The position numbers and the translations under genes are program-made. This document shows, in pieces, positions 60,440-64,000 of a stretch of 64,000 bases of DNA (its first letter is position 1; each line of letters starts with the position of its first letter). The notes under the pieces are model-generated. The model was not told the DNA's origin, searched no databases, and saw nothing but the letters and a program-made list of their open reading frames with translations. Source of the stretch: Acidimicrobiia bacterium (GTDB lineage Bacteria > Actinomycetota > Acidimicrobiia > Spongiisociales > ZC4RG35); NCBI GenBank assembly GCA_965203555.1, contig CBDBCY010000004.1:1600001-1664000 (forward strand). Reading direction: 5' to 3'.

Positions 60440-62497
60440 TCAGAAACGCGCGTATGCTCTGGCCTCCGCCAGGGTCTGCAATTCCAGGTGGGCGACGCGT
60501 CCACGATTGCCCTCCACCTTCCTCCATTTTGCGTCCGGCCCCAGCTCCCAGGCAAGGGTGTCGTCGGCCAGCAGCACCTCGAACATCTCATCGATGCGGA
60601 ACCGCAGGTCGGGATCGTCGACGGGGACCATCACCTCCACCCTCGAGTCGAGGTTGCGGGGCATCATGTCGGCCGAACCCATGTAATAGACGACCCGCTC
60701 CTCCCTGCTCCCGAACCGATACACCCGCGAGTGTTCCAGGTACCGTCCGACCAGTGACCTCACCCTGATGTTCTCCGACATGCCTTTCACGCCGGGCACC
60801 AGGCAGCAGATGCCGCGCACCACCAGGTCGATCCGCGCTCCCGCGTCCGACGCTTCGTACAACGCCTCGATCATCGCCTTGTCCAACAGTGAGTTCATCT
60901 TCATGGTGATCTGGCCCCCCGGACGGGCCTGGGAGGCGATGAGCTGGAGAAATCGCGGGCGGGTGAACACGGGAGAAACCAGCAACTTCCGGTATTTGGG
61001 GTGGCGACTGTATCCGGTCAGGAAGTTGAAGAGGAAACTCAGGTCGGCGCCGATTTCCTGATCACAGGTGAACAGCCCCATATCCTCGTATATGCGGGCG
61101 GTCTGCTCGTTGTAGTTGCCGGTGCCGATATGGGAGTAGCGGCGGATCATCCCCTCCTCCTGCCTCACCACCAGCGTGATCTTGGTGTGGGTCTTCAAAC
61201 CGACCACCCCGTAGACCACGTGCACGCCGGTCTCCTCCAGCCGCTGAGCCCAGGTGATGTTGCGGTCCTCGTCGAAGCGGGCCTTCAATTCCACCAGCGC
61301 CACCACCTGCTTCCCGCGCTCTGCGGCCTCCATCAGGGCGTTCATGATCACCGAGTCGGAAGAAGTCCGATACAGCGTCTGCTTGATGGCCAGGACGTCA
61401 GGATCGGCGGCGGCCTGGGCAATGAACTCCTCCACCGAGGTGGCGAAGGACTCGTAGGGGTGATGCACCAGGATGTCACCCTCTCGGATCGCCTCGAAGA
61501 AGTCCAACTGTTCGCTGATCCTTCCGGCCAGTCGGGGGTGGGTCACCCATGTCCAGGGGGGGTACAGCAACTCCGGGCGGGGAAGGGAAGCCAAAAAGCC
61601 CAGGTCGGCCAGGTTCAGCACCCCGTCCATCACGAACACGTCGGACTCGGTGATCTGCAATTCCCGGGTGAGCAGATCCAACACCTCGGCGGTCATGGAT
61701 CCGGTCACCTCCAGGCGGACGGCCCGGCCGAAGCGCCTCCGGGTCAACTCCGACTCCACGGCGGCCAGAAGATCGCCGCCCTCGTCCTCCTCCAACTCGA
61801 AGTCGGCGTTGCGGGTCACGCGGAACGGGTGATAGTCCAGGATGCGCATTCCCGGAAACAGTTGGTCGAGGTGGGTTGCGATCACCTCATCCAGGGGAAC
61901 GAACCATCCGGGCTGCGACAGGGGAACGAAAGAAGGGAGGATCGGTGGAATCTTGACGCGGGCAAATCGCAGCACTTTGCTTTTCTGCTCCTGCACCTGT
62001 ATCGCCAGGTTCAGCGAGAGGCTGGAGATGTGGGGGAACGGGTGGGCGGGGTCCACCGCCAGGGGGGTCAGGACCGGAAAGACGGTGTCGCGGAAGTATT
62101 CGTCGAGACCGGAAACCGAATCTTCGTCCAGCTCGGCGTAGGTCTTCAGCCCTATCCCGGCCTCCTCCAGGGCCGGCTCCAGGAGGTCCCGGTAGATCTT
62201 GGAGGCGCGCAGGTACTGTTCCGAGGTCTCGGCGCTGATGGCGGAAAGCGTTTGGACGGCGGTGCGACCGTCGGGGGTCGTTCCCACCACTCCGTGGGCA
62301 ACCTGCTCCTTCAGTCCCGCCACCCTGACCTGGAAGAATTCGTCCAGGTTGGAAGCCCATATGGAGAGGAAGCGTACTTTTTCCAACAGGGGGACCTCCT
62401 CCTGTTCGGACAGGGCAAGAACCCTGCTGTTGAAGTCCAGCCAGGACAGTTCCCTGTTCAGAACGCGGGGCGAGGTTTCTAACGAGGGCATCAGCAC
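60440..62497 (-). CDS. ppk1: Polyphosphate kinase 1
   Basis: NRELSWLDFNSRVL, SNLDEFFQVRVAG, LVHHPYESF, KQTLYRT, LKTHTK, GRYLEHSR, SADMMPRNL. Confidence 0.98.
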   Translation of the reverse strand: MLMPSLETSPRVLNRELSWLDFNSRVLALSEQEEVPLLEKVRFLSIWASNLDEFFQVRVAGLKEQVAHGVVGTTPDGRTAVQTLSAISAETSEQYLRASKIYRDLLEPALEEAGIGLKTYAELDEDSVSGLDEYFRDTVFPVLTPLAVDPAHPFPHISSLSLNLAIQVQEQKSKVLRFARVKIPPILPSFVPLSQPGWFVPLDEVIATHLDQLFPGMRILDYHPFRVTRNADFELEEDEGGDLLAAVESELTRRRFGRAVRLEVTGSMTAEVLDLLTRELQITESDVFVMDGVLNLADLGFLASLPRPELLYPPWTWVTHPRLAGRISEQLDFFEAIREGDILVHHPYESFATSVEEFIAQAAADPDVLAIKQTLYRTSSDSVIMNALMEAAERGKQVVALVELKARFDEDRNITWAQRLEETGVHVVYGVVGLKTHTKITLVVRQEEGMIRRYSHIGTGNYNEQTARIYEDMGLFTCDQEIGADLSFLFNFLTGYSRHPKYRKLLVSPVFTRPRFLQLIASQARPGGQITMKMNSLLDKAMIEALYEASDAGARIDLVVRGICCLVPGVKGMSENIRVRSLVGRYLEHSRVYRFGSREERVVYYMGSADMMPRNLDSRVEVMVPVDDPDLRFRIDEMFEVLLADDTLAWELGPDAKWRKVEGNRGRVAHLELQTLAEARAYARF

Positions 62498-62619
62498 GTC
62501 ACATTCAATTTTAGATCAACAGAGCCTAGCCCGCCGGGCGTCCCGCCGTCCTAGGAATTCGGTCGGCACCCGGAAGCTTTTCCCCGCAGTGGCATGTCTT
62601 TGATATTCTTTGTATGGTC

Positions 62620-64000
62620 ATGAGTGTCTATCAACCACCGCTTCGCGACATCGACTTTGTCCTGGAGCACATCGTGGGTTTGGAATCGGTGTCCAAGCTC
62701 GACGGATTCCAGCACGCCGATCCCGCAACGGTCAATTACCTCTTGGAGGAGGCCGGACGGTTCATGACGGAGGTGGTGGCCCCCCTCAACCGGGTGGGAG
62801 ATGCCGAAGGGTCGGTGCTCACCGCCGAGGGAACGAAGGGTCGGTGCTCACCGCCGAGGGAACGGTGAAGACGCCCACCGGATTCAAAGAGGCCTACCAA
62901 CGTTTGGTGGAGGCGGGATGGCAGGGGATTTCGCTCCCCGGCGAATGGGGCGGAGGGGGCATGCCGCAGGTGGTGGGATTTGCGGTGGACGAGATGATGA
63001 TCTCCTCAAGCCTGGCGTTTTCCCTTTGCTCCACCCTGACCGCCGGCAGCGTCCACATGCTCAGCATGCACGGATCACCCGAACAGCAGGAGACGTATTT
63101 GGAGAAACTGATCTCCGGCGAGTGGTCGGGAACCATGAACCTGACCGAGCCCCATGCGGGTTCCGACGTCGGCGCTCTGAACACCAAGGCCGTCCCCCGG
63201 CCGGACGGTACCTATCTGATTACGGGGACCAAGATCTTCATCACCTGGGGCGACCACGACATGGCGGACAACATCGTTCACACCGTATTGGCGCGGATCC
63301 CCGGAGGCCCACCCGGCACGAAGGGCATCTCTCTTTTCGTCGTGCCCAAACGGCTGGTGGGCCCCGACGGCGAGCCCGCAGAGTTGAACGACATACGCAC
63401 CGTCTCGCTGGAGCACAAGCTGGGCATCCACGGCAGCCCCACCTGCATGCTCTCCTACGGCGAGAACGGCGGGGCGGTCGGATACCTGGTGGGTCCCGAA
63501 CACGGGGGCATGGCCCGCATGTTCACCATGATGAACGCCGCTCGGATAGCGGTGGGACAGGGTGGGCTGGCGGTGGCGGAACGCGCCTACCAGAAGGCGT
63601 TGGAGTTCTCCTGGCAGCGGCGCCAGGGAAGGGCGGTGGGCGCCCCCGCGGGTGAGCAGTCACCCATCGTCGAGCACCCCGACATCCGCCGGATGCTGGC
63701 GACGATGAAGGCCCGGATCGAGGCGATGAGAGCCTTGCTGTTCTATTGCGTGGCCGCCGTCGACCGCGCCCAGCACGCCGAGGGCGAGAAGGAGCGGACC
63801 GCCAACCGGGAGTTGGTCGCCCTCCTCACTCCCGTCGCCAAAGCCTGGTGCAGCGACCTGGGAGTGGAAGTCGCCTCCGACGGCATCCAGATCCACGGTG
63901 GGATGGGATTCGTGGAGGAGACCGGCGCCGCACAGTTCTTCCGGGACTCCCGGATCAGCCCGATCTACGAGGGCACCAACGGCATCCAGGCCATCGACCT
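62620..64000 (+). pseudogene. Acyl-CoA dehydrogenase (DmdC/FadE5-like), frameshifted; runs off the window end
   Basis: MSVYQPPLRDIDF..APLNRVGD, then in another frame GTMNLTEPHAGSD, GTKIFITWG, EHKLGIHGSPTC, IYEGTNGIQA; shift caused by a 29-bp duplication. Confidence 0.85.
62805..62864 (+). repeat. Perfect 29-bp tandem duplication
   Basis: CGAAGGGTCGGTGCTCACCGCCGAGGGAA at 62805-62833 and 62834-62862. Confidence 0.97.

Overview
High-GC window from an actinobacterium. Acidimicrobiia is inferred from the fhaB-pstP-rodA-pbpA-pknB block beside tRNA-Leu(CAG), a SenX3/RegX3-type pair and a large SRP RNA. The core backbone is dnaB, the PknB cell-wall cluster, serS, ffs, tadA, four tRNAs, ppk1-pstSCAB-phoU-regX3-senX3, and an acyl-CoA dehydrogenase frameshifted by a 29-bp duplication. 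Two accessory tracts follow tRNAs. The first (about 11.2-26.9 kb) has an IS1380 remnant, ZnuABC with a very long His/Asp repeat, an IrtAB/YbtPQ-like pair and a FecBCDE-like uptake system. The second (about 31.9-49.9 kb) has a Schlafen/AlbA_2 protein, IS scars, decayed oxidoreductase genes, a second Fec-type operon containing a MATE gene and two SLC13 permeases. The two best candidates for something undescribed are (1) a bacterial microcompartment locus at the left edge whose shell genes follow a glutamine-synthetase-like amine ligase, with a divergent sarcosine-oxidase-type flavoenzyme, and (2) an unannotated ~260-nt highly nested structured RNA at about 51.89-52.15 kb behind a near-consensus sigma-A promoter (Ms1/6S-like candidate). 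All calls come from motif reading by eye; no database searches were run.
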